Source of the DNA: Octopus sinensis
Lineage: Eukaryota
Assembly (NCBI RefSeq): GCF_006345805.1
Contig: NC_042998.1
Location: 36,084,001 to 36,148,000, forward strand
Direction of reading: 5' to 3'
Length of the DNA: 64,000 bases
The position numbers and the translations under genes were made by a program. The notes beneath the pieces were generated by a model. It ran no database searches. It was not told where the DNA came from and saw nothing but the letters and a program-made list of their open reading frames with translations. Every line of letters starts with the position of its first letter. Positions within the stretch are counted from its first letter, which is position 1. Positions 1 to 12,852 of the stretch are shown in pieces.

Positions 1-226
1 TATCTACTGGAAACCTGTTCTTGTAAATTACTCACCAACGGGCCATCATCATTCTAATATATGGCAAAACAAGGATATTGTACTTGAAATCAGCGATGGT
101 ATCCGAGTTGCCTCCGGTCTCCAGACATGGTCTTGTGGAGTTTCCTCAAAGAGCTAGCATCACGTGTAGAACGAATCCAGTTAACAATTGAAATCTTTGT
201 GAGGATCACTTCCGTCCTCTTCCTTT
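1..226 (-). mobile_element. Polypurine tract and start of the 3' LTR of a Ty3/Gypsy relic; the LTR runs off the window
   Basis: Minus strand AAAGGAAGAGGACGGAAG (226-209) is directly followed by TG (208-207), downstream of the integrase-like remnants. Confidence 0.5.
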
Positions 227-229
227 GGC

Positions 230-2340
230 CAAGAATGGTGGCTAGTTTTAACTGTGTGGTGGTTATGACAAAGGAGACATGAGGAACAAGAATGAAGTGA
301 GTGAAGATAGATACTTTCCTCTTCTGTCAAGCGTTCATCGACTTTTTCAAGTTTCATTTGGAAAGGGTGGAGAGGGAATTTATTGGAAGTGTGGCCCAAG
401 AGAATGCCTGTATACATGGCTATTTTTCGAGGCTACAAGGTGAACACATCAACTCGGCCGTAATCGGGATGCAGATGGTTGTCTTTTGGAAAGGTCTTGA
501 TCTCGTGATTCAGACGATTTTCCTTAACCCAGTTGTTTACTTGGGGTTGTTAGGCGTGAGTAAGAGCGAAGGCCATACCTTTAGGCGGGGCGGCCAGATT
601 TCTTTTGGCATTGAGAAGTCTTCTGAAGAAAGTGCCGCTCTTTTCGTGCAAGTGGGTGACTGGGAAGCCGTCTTGGATGCATGCTTAGACTGTGCGATAG
701 GAGAAGAGTTATAAAAGCTCCACAAACCTGTTCGGATGTTTTTGAAATGTTTGGTAGGTATCGATTAAATGTTCCAAATGTGAATATAGTCAAACTACAT
801 CGATTACACAAACCAATAGACCCGGTTATTAGAAGCGCTCAGCTTCTAATAGCCGGATGAAGCTAACAGAAACCGGATTAGTGAATTAGTAAAGTGGCCG
901 TGACTGTGGCAATCGTCACGAACGAAGAGTATGTTTCTATAAAGCCAGGGCTCTAATAGTAGTCCACCCTGAAATGGGTTATTAGAAAAGAATCAGTAGG
1001 ATTAAGTAAGAAACCTGCAACAATGAAAAACTCGACTTGAAGAGGCATTCATGAAAGCGTGGTTGTGGCACAATTCAGTCTTTGGAGAACCATAACGAGC
1101 TCATGCTACACGATTCTGAGATGGGTGCAGTTTTTTTTAGCGGCGCTTCGTTCAATTGTTCGGGACCTATCGTGGGACGGATCGTGTGTCTGTCTCGATG
1201 GCCTATTACAACTCTTGAAAACGGAGTTGGTAAGTTGCGCAAGTCCAATCGTAGCCATTGAAATACAGGAAGCGTTGGCTAGTTGCAAGAAGGGCAATCC
1301 CTTGGTTTGGCTAGTCTGCCCTACGAGCTTCATGCTTATATGCCGCACATGTTCAGCGATCTATTGGAAGATGCCTACTTCTACGGGTAGCCCTATTTGA
1401 CAGTTCTCATTTCTCTTTGTCAAGGAGTGGTGAACTTGCTGAGAAAGAACCCGAATAATAGGGACTACGTCAATAATTTTCTGCTCAATTACTCTTCTAG
1501 ATGCAGAGTTCATTATTTTTTCCAGTGTATTAGCGAAGGTGTTGCTACTTGACACCGATAGCTTATGATGCGCAGAGACATGCGCCATCCCGAACAGTTC
1601 TGTTTATGACAGCCTTTATCACATGTGATACATCATAGAGAGGTTGGATAAGGACCAATACCCAAGCAACGTTGTTCTCTAGCAAACACTCAGCACAAAG
1701 AGGAACCAATAAGCTGACCTTTTCCGAGAAACCTTTATATCAGGTTATACTTTCCCAGGTATAATTTCCAGAAATGGTTAGTCTGTTCTGGTGGACTTTC
1801 ACCGAGGCTTTATGGATAATCTCCAGAAATTCCTTACTCGAAGGGTGATTGCCAGTTTGAAATAAACTCTGTTGGCACGGAATATCTGCCAGAGATGTCT
1901 GAGATGCGCGCAGAGTGACAAAACCGTTTTGCAAGGGACCCGCTCTGTACCCAAGCTTCGCTGGCTTCCATTGTTGTTCCATTGAGTTGTGTCGAGGAGA
2001 TTCAGTCACGCGTAGAACGGATCCGACTACCAGCCGAGTCCATTTTGAGGACTGAATATACTCGCCTTTCTTTAGCTGGGATAGACAGGCAGCCTTTATC
2101 TGTCTGGTGGCCAAGGCAAAAAGAGATTTTGTGGGGGACGTGATTGAAAGAGCTTAAGACTGAGCAAAACTTTTAGCAACTTTTCTCAAGTTTCACTTAA
2201 GAAGTCAATAGGGGTGAGGGTGGGGCAGTGAGGTGCTGCCTTCCAGGCAATTCATTCAAGAGTGGGTGAGAGTGGCATACGAACGTTCCTGCCCAGACTA
2301 CGCACTTTTAGAGAATTAGAGAGCAGCTTAGAGAAAGCTG
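230..2340 (-). pseudogene. Decayed Ty3/Gypsy pol (RT thumb, RNase H, integrase)
   Basis: Broken-frame minus-strand motifs in Gypsy order: HLRHLWQIFRAN (RT), CAS*AIG / NSASRR / AENY / QQVHH (RNase H), HPA..EAERF and LFSYRT (integrase YHPxxNGxAERF and LLxYRT). Many stops and frameshifts. Confidence 0.6.
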
Positions 2341-2382
2341 CTTTATATAGTGGTCAGGGGTGACTGTTCACTTACTCTCTAT

Positions 2383-2781
2383 TTTACTCTTTTACTTGTT
2401 TCATTCATTTGACTGCGGCCATGCTGGAGCACCGCCTTTGGTCGAGCAAATCGATCCCGGGACTTATTCTTTGTAAGCCCAGTACTTATTCTATCGGTCT
2501 CTTTTGCCGAACCGCTAAGTGGCGGGGACGTAAACACACCAGCACTGGTTGTCAAGCAATGCTAGAGAAACAAACACAGACACACAAACATATACACACA
2601 CATACATATACATATATACGACGGGCTTCTTTCAGTTTCCGTCTACCAAATCCACTCACAAGGCTTTGGTCGGCCCGAGGCCATAGCAGAAGACACTTGC
2701 CCAAGATGCCACGTAGTGGGACTGAACCCGGAACCATGTGGTTGGTTAGCAAGCTACTTACCACACAGCCACTCCTGCGCC
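2383..2781 (-). mobile_element. SINE family A (tRNA head, CORE-like segment, internal (TA/TG)n, LINE-like tail)
   Basis: Head GGCGCAGGAGTGGCTGTGTGGTAAG...GGTTCAGTCCC, CORE-like CTTGGGCAAGTGTCTT, tail GGTGCTCCAGCATGGCCGCAGTC..TGAAACAAGTAAAAGAG. About 10 copies in the window; resembles octopus OR-type SINEs. Confidence 0.9.
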
Positions 2782-3144
2782 ATTTGTGGAATTTTCCCGG
2801 ATAAACCACGGAGGTCTTCCTCGAACCTCTTCCTCGGACGTCTTCCTGCTTTTGGGCAATTTTCCTTGTTGAAATTTTTATTATCATGTTTGCTTTTGTT
2901 TACATTTTGTTTACACGTAAAACCTCCCTCTTGTCCTTGCAATGTCCATGTTTTTACGTGAGCTCTGATGGCTAATAAAGAAGTCATCGTCATCATTATT
3001 GCTTTTTTTGTTTTTTATTTTGGTGTTTTGGTTACTTCCCGTTTTACGAAACAGTAAACAGATTTATTTCAGTCATAAATTTTTTCTATCACACGATAGT
3101 TAAAGCCAGATGATTCGCTTTTCTGCGAGTGTATATTGTAATAA

Positions 3145-3432
3145 CCGATATTGAGAGGGAGGGAGGGAGAGAGAGAGAGAGAGAGAGAGGGAGTGAGAGA
3201 GAGAGAGGGAGTGAGAGAGAGTGTGAAGTATTCTCATATTTCTTTTAATTCATCGCGACCATTATCATGATCATTATGTTGATGAAGTTAAAGGATGATG
3301 ACAATGGAAATGATACTTATAAATAATAATAATAATAATAATAATGCTGATGATGATGACGATGATGGTGGTGGTGGTGATGACGAGAATAATTCATCAT
3401 CACTACCATCATAATCATCATTATCATCATTG
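3145..3432. repeat. (GA)n followed by (AAT)n/(GAT)n/(GGT)n/(CAT)n microsatellites
   Basis: Directly visible simple repeats. Confidence 0.95.
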
Positions 3433-3919
3433 CATGTTTCGGGATTAAAAACGCATTTTTCCAGCTTTATAATATGAACTTTTCATGTCGGATTGAAGCG
3501 GCATAAATGAAGAATTGTTGTGATTCATGCATAACATTTCCACGAACCTGCTGAATTGCAGGTTTTGTAACATCATACGACAGCACCAGAGGATTTGTTA
3601 TACTGAAATACTAGATTATTATTATTTTTATTATTATTATTATTGTTGTTGTTATTATTGGAATCATATTGGCCTTTAATCTGATATTAGCTGAACTCGG
3701 CCGTGGGTTGGTTGTGTGACACTCAGAATATCTCCTCTCCACCTCTCTCTCCTCCCTGCTCTGACTCATCCGAATCCCCCAGTAATAAAACATACTAGCA
3801 ATGTGAAACTGTTGGAGTGATTTAGATCCAGTTCAACCCCGATCAAGCAGACCTATGATCAAAGGCGTTCAAGTCATGAGCACCACTTTCTTTTATACGT
3901 CTACGAGGATATCAAGGTG

Positions 3920-4050
3920 TTCAGCTGGCAGAATCGTTAGTGCGTTGGACAAAAGGCTTAACAGCATTTGCATCGGCTGCTTACGTTCTGAGTTCAAACC
4001 CAACCGAGGTTGACTTTGCTTTTTGTCGTTTGAAGGTCGATATAAATAAG
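3920..4050 (+). mobile_element. Decayed, truncated SINE family C
   Basis: CTGGCAGAATCGTTAG...GTTCTGAGTTCAAA...GAGGTTGACTTTGC matches the intact family C copies. Confidence 0.7.
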
Positions 4051-4090
4051 TAACTTCCTCCAAATTTTCAGACCTTGTACACATAGTACA

Positions 4091-4500
4091 AGGCGCAGGA
4101 GTGGCTGTGTGGGTAAGTAGCTTGCTAACCAGCCACATGGTTCCGGGTTCAGTCCCACTGCGTGGCATCTTGGGCAAGTGTCTTCTGCTATAGCCCCGGG
4201 CAAACCAATGCCTCGTGAGTGGATTTGGTAGACGGAAACTGAAAGAAGCCTGTCGTATATATGTATATATATATATGTGTGTGTGTGTGTATGTGTTTGT
4301 GTGTCTGTGTTTGTCCCCCTAGCATTGCTTGACAACCGATGCTGGTGTGTTTGCGTCCCCGTCACTTAGCGGTTCGGCAAAAGAGACCGATAGAATAAGT
4401 ACTGGGCTTACAAAGAATAAGTCCCGGGGTCGATTTGCTCGACTAAAGGCGGTGCTCCAGCATGGCCGCAGTCAAAAGACTGAAACAAGTAAAAGAGTAA
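4091..4500 (+). mobile_element. SINE family A, full length
   Basis: Same head, CORE-like segment and tail as 2383-2781. Confidence 0.92.
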
Positions 4501-5081
4501 TAGTAAAAAGAAAACAAATGAGCATATTGTCCCATACGTACGAACGTAACCGTGTTGTTAAGAAGTTCGCTTCACACATACAGTGGTCCCAAGTTCGATC
4601 CCGTTGTGCGGTACTTTGAGCAGGTGTCGTCTACCATATGCATGGGGTCAGATAACTGAATTTGGTAGCTGGAAACTGTAAGCAGATCCCTTGGTGGGAC
4701 AACTATCTTTGGGTGGTACGTTAAATCTGTTTAAAATCACCGTTTGGTTATTAGGTATATTTAGCAGAGTCCATTCTCTTGCAAAGATCCTTGTCTACGG
4801 CCCGAGGATAACTTCCCCCTCCCTCCTACCATTTATTGAGACCCCTATCCTTTTTCTGTAGATGGTAGAATTTAATTCGAGGAAGATTTTAGCTTCTATT
4901 TCTTGATGATAAAAAGACTGTTTAGACGTTTCCTTGTAATGTGAAATTTCAAATTTCCTAGGCTACGGTGAGTTTTAGGTTGTGAACAGTAAAAGATGCT
5001 GGAGGTCCTTAAGATTCCTTATAATCAAGATTTCGAGATTCGAAGGAATATGTAAGAAAAAGATGCTTCAAAATGGGCGAC

Positions 5082-5360
5082 AACAAAAGCAACAACAACA
5101 ATAACGACAAGAACAACATCAACAGTAACAAGCGCAACTACAACATTTACTAAAATTCAAGAGTTAAAAAGTAGAAACATTAATAACAATAACAACAACA
5201 ACAACGACGACGGCAACATCAACAACAACAACAACAACAACAAGTAGGCAGTGATGACCTGTCTTTGAGTAGGAATCCAATAGTTCGAAGCTAACAACAA
5301 CAACAACAGCAAGAAAAACGCTGACACTGACAACGATAACGAAGACAACGACAGCAAGTT
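5082..5360. repeat. Degenerate (AAC)n/(GAC)n tract
   Basis: Directly visible. Confidence 0.9.
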
Positions 5361-6269
5361 TTCAGCAACAAATTTAATGATTATAAAGTGACAGAAACGA
5401 AGAACTCTAACAAGAAAATATTTCCCAATGCTAATCATACCCATACACACACAAACACACACACAAATACGTAGACTCACGAAATCCGTGTCTTATTTCA
5501 GTTGTCATTCAAAATCTTACTGAAATATTTTTTCTTTAAAAATGAAATGAAAAAGAACAAGGAAAAAGAAAGAAAAAAAAAGCCTAGCGAACCCAAAACA
5601 TAAGGTAAAGAATCTGAACGAGACAGTAGAAAGACAGTTACTGCATTGCAGCAAGTGCTTCCAATCTTATTGAGGCTACGCTACCTTTAAAATATACAAA
5701 AACCGAATTCCCAGAATCTTGACCAAGAATTAATGTTTTATTGATAGACGAACGGCAGTAAAACGAAACAGGTTTATAGCTTATATAATGTATATTTGTA
5801 ATAAAATTCACACAATATTGCTATTGACTCTCATACATAACCTCTCACTAGGACAACATCAAAATACTTAAGACAACACAAAACAATTCAACTTTTAAAA
5901 TTATTAAAACCAAGAGGAGTGTTGTGAGTGAATCAGGTAATGACATTAGCGAGACTGACGAAACAAAAAGCCAATATTGCGCGCACCCAGAGGAATATAG
6001 ACTCTTTACTTAACGGGAGATTTTTAAAAGAATCTTTGAAAGACTTGGATTAATAAACAAATATCATAAATTCATCGTTGTCATTGATGTTTTAGAAACC
6101 TCTTCAGATTTAAAAGAAAATTCAATATTCTACGATTCTTCATCGTTTTCTCGAGGAATCCTCGAAATCTAAGTAGTTCGGTATATTGCAACAGTAAGTT
6201 CGAATTCATCCAAGAATGACTTCGACATTATTTATTCCGAAGCCATCTATAAGTAATATTCTAAAATCA

Positions 6270-6575
6270 TTCAACAAACTCCATTCTTTGTCTCTCGTAA
6301 CATACGATCTTAATCTTACTAAGGCAGTAATATTCCACTTCTGAAGACGTGGGCTGCGCGGGGACCATTCGACAATTGCACAAGTTCACCTATCGTTTGT
6401 GAACTTTTCGACATGACCGGCTCATCGTAGTTTTTCGTGGTAGTATTCTACGACGATGCCGTTCACTCCAGTTATATCCCTGATCATCTCGTTCCGGATG
6501 TTATCTTTTAGCGCGATTACTAGCATCGACTTTTCCATGGTCTCTGCGCCGTAAGCAGATGTTGTTCTCTCTTCG
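6270..6575 (-). mobile_element. RTE-clade LINE 3' coding fragment
   Basis: Translates to AYGAETMEKSMLVIALKDNIRNEMIRDITGV...LR*AGHV...DR*TCAIVEW, matching the RTE C-terminal YGxETW...IRNExIR...WAGHV...W pattern. Confidence 0.7.
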
Positions 6576-6609
6576 GCAAGGTGGCCTGTGTGTGTGTGTA
6601 TATATATAC

Positions 6610-6639
<30 letters not shown>

Positions 6640-6648
<9 letters not shown>

Positions 6649-6830
6649 AGATCGTTAGCCACTACACACATTTTTTTCTCTCCTTGTTTTTTCCTGTGTC
6701 CCTTTCTGTAGAAGAGCGTAGGCTCGAAACGTAAAAGACTTTTTCTATTCCTGAGCGTTATACTAATACATCTGTTTGTTTTGTACACCACCTGTCTTCG
6801 TCTTTTGTTGTTTTTTTTTGGTAAAATCTC
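6640..6830 (+). mobile_element. PLE-type 3' end with HHR-like motif (family P1, copy 1)
   Basis: CTTT-CTGTAGA-A-GAGC-GTAG-GCTC-GAAA-C-GTA-AAAG at 6702-6737; homologous copies at 46020-46195 and 61680-61865. Confidence 0.6.
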
Positions 6831-6937
6831 CCTCTCTCTCTCTCTGTCTCTCTCTCTATATATATCCATTGTGGTGCTCCAATATGACCGCAGCCACATG
6901 GCTGAAGCGAATAAGAGAAAACACGCACACACACGTA

Positions 6938-8228
6938 CAAGGTGTCCAAAAAAAGTATACACATGTTTATAAAATCAGTGTTTATTAAAATACATTTCAC
7001 TTTCAAAATTTAATAGTCTTCAGAAAGAATTTAATGTTTTATGAACGCCTATTTTCAAACTGACGACCGTTCTGGTCCAGGTAATTCTAATAGCGCAAAG
7101 CAATGGAATCGGAAATATCAAGAAACACATCATTTGCTATTTGTGTGAATTCTTGTCCGATGGTTGCTCTGAATTCGTCGACTGTCGCAGTTTTTGGACC
7201 ATAAACTTTATCTTTTAAGTATCATTATCAAAAGATATCTCGTGTGAAGCCCGCTGAATGCGGAGGTTATTCTACTGAAACTCTTGGTAAAATCTCATCA
7301 ACGTTGGCCCTTTATATTCCTATGGCAATGTAGAGGCACTCCATCTTGCTGGAAATAAAACGCCACCACCTCTTCAAAGTCCACTTGAAAGCTCGGCATT
7401 AATAGATTGTCACAGCAAAAAAAAAAAAATATATATATAGGACCGGTCAAAGTACCATAAAAAAGAATTGTCCAATTAATTTTCTAAATGGTAAGTCGCT
7501 CCAAACAGTAACTCCTGGCAAATTAATGTGATGTTCCTGTGTAATATGCAAATTCTCAGCTCCCTAGTTAGTGAAATTGTGGAAGTTAATCGAATCATTT
7601 AAATGTAACCTCTTCACTCCAAACAATCTTGGGGGGTGGGGTGGGGTGGGGAGTGTATATCTTTTACACATCCTGCCATGTACCACTCGCAAAACTCCCA
7701 TCTTCCGTCCAGATTTCCATTGACAGCATGGATATATTCTTTGAATAAAATTTTTCCACTGACAAAACGCGACGCAGGCTAGCTTCGAAATTTCTATCCC
7801 ACGAAATCGCTAGACCCACAAAATTTCTTGAACACTGATTATGCATTTCTGGTACCATTTCATGCTTTGTGGGGTTTGTTCGATGTTCGCGGTCTGGCGA
7901 AACGTTTCTTGTGGACATTAGGAACAGTTCCATCTGCTTCAAACTTATCTCTAATTCGAACGCTGGTAAGTAGCGAAGGTGGATCTTGTTTGAAACTCTT
8001 CCTAAACTACTTTTGTGCTTCGCCTGCGTTTTCAGCTTTCCTGTCACTCTTTAGCCAAAACGTCTTTTGTTCAAAGCTTAGTCTAGCTGCAATCAATTTC
8101 CAACGGGTTAAGTTTAAAAAGAAGTGCAAATTAAGTGAGTTATCACCTGTTAAAATATGTATATGTGTTTTGGGAAACCCTAATTGTAAAAGTTTCTTCA
8201 ATTATACTTAAAACGTTCATGTATACTC
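6938..8228 (-). mobile_element. Decayed near-full-length DDxD IS630-Tc1-mariner transposon (maT-like)
   Basis: TA plus TIR CAAGGTGTCCAAAAAAAGTATACAC at 6938. Minus-strand remnants: ARLSFEQK...RIRDKFEADGTV..VHKKR.ARPRTS (HTH), [30 protein letters not shown]...ATVDEFRATI. Confidence 0.85.
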
Positions 8229-8474
8229 GAACGTAGAACGACCTTTGTTGCGGAATATATGCGAAAAAACACCGGAGGGCTATGATCTTGCAACAGGAAC
8301 AGTCATGTTTATGTGGCGATAAGCATTACTTCTACGTATAGTTATTGGTTTCATCTCTTATAGTGATTCTCTAAGTAGCTCATTTACTCGTTGCATGGTC
8401 AATGACTGCGTGTCATTTGGTTTCTATATATTGCGGGCTGGGGTGACCTACTGCTATCTCAAGCGAACGAGAAT

Positions 8475-8523
8475 CCACCACCGAAGATGACCACAAAGAG
8501 GTCCAAACCGTACGGTCTAGTGG
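8475..8523 (+). ncRNA. Type I hammerhead ribozyme relic
   Basis: Stem I CCACCA/TAGTGG (one mismatch), core CCGAAGA, stem II GACC/GGTC, CAAA, palindromic stem III CCGTACGG, GTC cleavage triplet. Two core substitutions (U4C, G12C). Confidence 0.65.
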
Positions 8524-8678
8524 TCTCGTGGCTGGGAGATAGTAGGGGCTCACTCCCTTGCTTGCAATATATATCGGGTGGATTGCTTCAAAGAGCCAGC
8601 TGGAGGAGGCGTCCACTTGGGGTTAAAAATAGCTGTAACGTGGGTTCCTAGGGAAAAGCTATGTTTTTATATATTATA

Positions 8679-9070
8679 GGCATAGGCGTGGCTGTGAGGT
8701 AAGGAGTTCACTTCTCAACCATATGGTTCCGGGTTCAGTCCCGCTGCGTGGAACCTTGGACAGATGTCTTCTGCTATAGCCTCGGGTCAGCCAAAGTCTT
8801 GTGAGCGGATTTGGTAGACGGAAACTGAAAGAAATCCGTCGTAGTTATGTGCATGTATTTTTGTGTGTGTGTCTGTGTTTATCCCCCGCCATTTTTGACA
8901 ATCGATTTTGGTGTGTTTACGTCCTCGTAACTTAGCGGTTCGGCAAAAGAGACCGATAGAATAAGTACTAGGCTTACAAAGAATAAGTCCTGGTGTCGAT
9001 TTGTTCGACTAAAGGCGGTGCTCCAGCATGGCCGCAAACCAATGACTGAAACAAGTATAAGAATAAAAGA
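8679..9070 (+). mobile_element. SINE family A, diverged
   Basis: Head, CORE-like segment and tail all recognisable. Confidence 0.88.
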
Positions 9071-9150
9071 ATATATATATATATATATATAATTTTTTTT
9101 CATAGCTGAAAAAAGATTAGATATCTATATAGATATTTCATAAATATATA

Positions 9151-10421
9151 TCAGGTCATCCCATAAGTTCTGTTTGAATTTTGAATAAAGGAAACAAGTG
9201 ATCAAATGTTATATTTAATTGAAATTTAATCATCAATGTACTTTCCCTGATTTTCTGTGACTTCCTTCCATCTATTTACGAGCTTTTTAATCCCATGAAT
9301 GTAAAACTCTTTTGGTTTCAAAGCGAAGATCTCTGAAATGTCAGTTTCGACCTCCTCCTGGCTTGCGAAAGTTATGTCCCCCAAAATGATTCTACGAAAC
9401 AAATGGTAGTCTGATTGAACAAGGTCGGGAGAATAAGGTGGATGAGGAATTTTTTCTCAACCAAGCTCTTCGATCTTCTGTGATGTAATTTTTGCAGTGT
9501 GGGGTCGCGCATTGTCCTGATGAAACATCACACTTTTTCGATTCCTTAAAACGGGTCTTTTTTCCTTCAAAGCTTGGTTTAAACGCTCTAATTGCTGACA
9601 GTAAACTTGAGCATTGATTGTTGCATTAAGTAGTAACAATTCAAAGTGAATTACTCCTTTGCAATCCCACCAGATAGAAAGAAAAACTTTTTTCCATGAA
9701 GTTCTCTTGGTTGTGTTGAGGTTTTTCCCTTTTACCAAGACAGTTTACGACGTTTAACATTTCGATAGAAGATCCATTTTTCGTCACCAATCACAAGTCA
9801 ATCCAAAAAGGGTGAAATGAGTTCGCGAGAATGGAGAGAAGAGCAGATGTTAACCCGGGATTTGCAATTGCTTTCGGACAATTCATGAGGCACCCATTTT
9901 CCAAGTTTAGGAACCTTTCCAAGTTGCTGAAGATGACGATGAACAGTTGTACGGTTTGAACTAAGCTTTATTGCCAATTCTTTAACTGAAAATACAGGAT
10001 TTTCTTTAAGTAATGCCTCAAGGAGCTTATCATCAAACTCAACTGGACCTCCTGTTCGATCTTCATCTTCAAGGCTGAAATCTTCACTTCTGAATTTTGC
10101 AAACCATCTTCTGCAAGTTCTTTCATTCAAGCATTCTTCCCCATAAACTGAGTGTATGTTTCGAGTCGCTTCGGCTGCAGACTTTCTTTTTTTGTACTCA
10201 TAAAGCATTATGTGCCTTAAATACTCTTTGGATACTTCTATGTTAGAAAGGGTTTTAATCAAAGAAATTTTAATTCTATTATTCTATAAAATAATATTTA
10301 ATTAGTTTAAATGTACACAAATGCATAAAAATAATTTTTAATTCCATTAGACATTCTAAAATATTATTAAATTTCATTCAATTTTAAAAAAGGTAAAGTC
10401 GGACAGAACTTATGGGATGAC

Positions 10422-10425
<4 letters not shown>
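9151..10425 (-). mobile_element. Full-length mariner (DD34D) with disrupted transposase
   Basis: TIRs TCAGGTCATCCCATAAGTTCTGT / ACAGAACTTATGGGATGACCTGA, each flanked by TA. ORFs 9798-10262 and 9457-9738 carry WVPHEL, WWD, HQDNARPH, followed by HPPYSPDL. Internal stops. Confidence 0.97.
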
Positions 10426-10464
<39 letters not shown>

Positions 10465-10538
10465 CTAAACGTACATATTCATAAACTCACACACACACAC
10501 ACACACACGCAATATATATATATATATATAATATATAT

Positions 10539-10585
<47 letters not shown>

Positions 10586-11129
10586 CTACCGCACACGTAC
10601 ACCGTCAACCAATTTCCATGCACAAGACTAAATTAGAAGACACTTGTCTTAGGACTCGCAGAGCAGAATCGAACCCAGAACCGTGTCAGCCACTCAGCTG
10701 TTTCTCTAACTGAATATATATTGTTCAAATCTATATATTTTCCTTTTGTTTTCCGATATTTTAGTTTCCAATGCGTTTATCTATGATTATTTTCTATAAG
10801 TTTTGCATTTGAGCCTATGAGGGAAAGGCCGCTGCGCAATTAGTTTGAGCTGCTAGAAATAGCAGCCAAGAGAGATATACAAAACAACGCATCGATCACA
10901 GCTCGAACGCCTGGGATAATAGGTCTGCGAGGGCAGATTTGGGGCTTAGCAACGACCAAAATATCAGTCTCAATAAAATCCACTGCTGCTGCTGCTACTA
11001 CTACTACTACTAGTCCTAAATATCATTGAGAATCGTTTTAGATAACTCTGTTGGAATAAAAAAAATGAGCTTTTTATTTTTTTCTGTGATGCACGCTCAC
11101 TTTATGTATGCCCGTGTATATATAACTGT

Positions 11130-11156
11130 ATGTGTGTGCGTAAGTGTGTGTCTGTA

Positions 11157-11192
<36 letters not shown>

Positions 11193-11379
11193 GTGTGTGT
11201 GTGTGTGTTGTATTATTTATTTTTCTTGCTTCAAGAAATTTGTTAGCAACGATCTTCATTTGATTACGTTCCTTCTACTTTGTTGCTTCTAATAACAGAG
11301 TTTCGGGTGATAAAATTCGATTAGTCAAGTGGTGTGTGTGTGTGTGTGTGTATGGACCTGTCTCTTCTGAGTAGGTGTG

Positions 11380-11420
<41 letters not shown>

Positions 11421-11548
11421 TATATATACATACACGTAAGTATGAATGTAATTATACATACACTCGCACACACATGTGTATATATGTGTGTATATATGTG
11501 TGTGTATATATATAAGTGTGGATGTAATTATTCATGTACATACACACG

Positions 11549-11584
<36 letters not shown>

Positions 11585-11749
11585 AAGATACACACACACA
11601 CACACACACACAAAGAATATTTGTATCAGTGTGTGTGTGCGTGTGTATGGGTGGGTGGTTGTTTCAAGATAGATAGATGGATAGCGAGAGAAAAAGAGAG
11701 AGAGAGAGAGAGAGGGGGGAGAGAGAAAAAGGGAAAGAAAGAAAAGGGG

Positions 11750-11797
<48 letters not shown>

Positions 11798-11946
11798 GTT
11801 GTAAATTAGAATTCTGTGGGTGTGTTGTTAGTTTAGATGTTTCCTTTCCAGGAAAAGCTGACCGAATGAAATTGAGAAAAGTTGATTGATTGGTAAATAG
11901 ATAAAGAGATAGAGAGAAAAGGAGAGAGAGATAGAGAGATAGAGAT

Positions 11947-11979
<33 letters not shown>

Positions 11980-12000
11980 AGGAGCGAGCGAGGTAGATAT
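11130..12000. repeat. Cluster of (TG)n, (TA)n, (CA)n and (GA)n microsatellites
   Basis: Directly visible. Confidence 0.95.
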
Positions 12001-12852
12001 GTCGGCGTAGTGGACCGATAGACAGATAGACATTTATTTATTTTTTGTAATTCAATCACAAGATTCAAATATACTGCGAGGGCGGGGATGAGCGGAGATT
12101 AAAGTGTGTGTGTGTGTGGGGCAACCCTTAATTGAATCTGCGCAGAATCTTTCTTTATAGATTCTTTTCTTCGTTATCTCCCTCTGAGATATATCCGTTG
12201 TAAAATCCGACGGTTGCTGTCGTTTATCCGAGCTTTCAAGGCGTTAATAAATTGACTGATATAGCCCTCCCTTTTTATTAAAACGTTAGTCTATCAAATG
12301 CTTTTTTTTTCCCCTTTAGGAAGCATGTGACTTCGCATAGACAGTTAATGAATCACACATCAGTCATGGAGTTAGATTTCATTGGCTGTTGCTGAGCAGA
12401 TGATTAGCGCATAAAAAAATATACTCTGCAGGCTGAGTTAAATGTTACACATCTAAGCCACGATAAACTTAACATCTCAGTCATGCAACACAACCCCACA
12501 TCAGATCATCGGTTGGGTAATGAGCACATTCATTGGGAAGTATAACATAGATGGAAGTATAACATAGGACACTGTCATGGACGAACTATTGGATCAGTCT
12601 CGTTTTGAATTCAGTGCTGCTTATCTAACGAAACAAACGTTATATCTCTCTGCCACACCACACCGTTTTATGGGGCCTTTTATATCAGTGATTTCTGTAT
12701 GGTTCAAGCAGAATAAAGCGTTGCGTTTCTTTAATTTTTTTTTATTATCAGAAGTGCTGAAAAACGCTGGAGTTGATATCGAAACCAGTGATCTTCCACC
12801 CGATTATAAATCCAAACTATTTTATCAGCTGTGTTTCCCTGATGTTAGGTAA

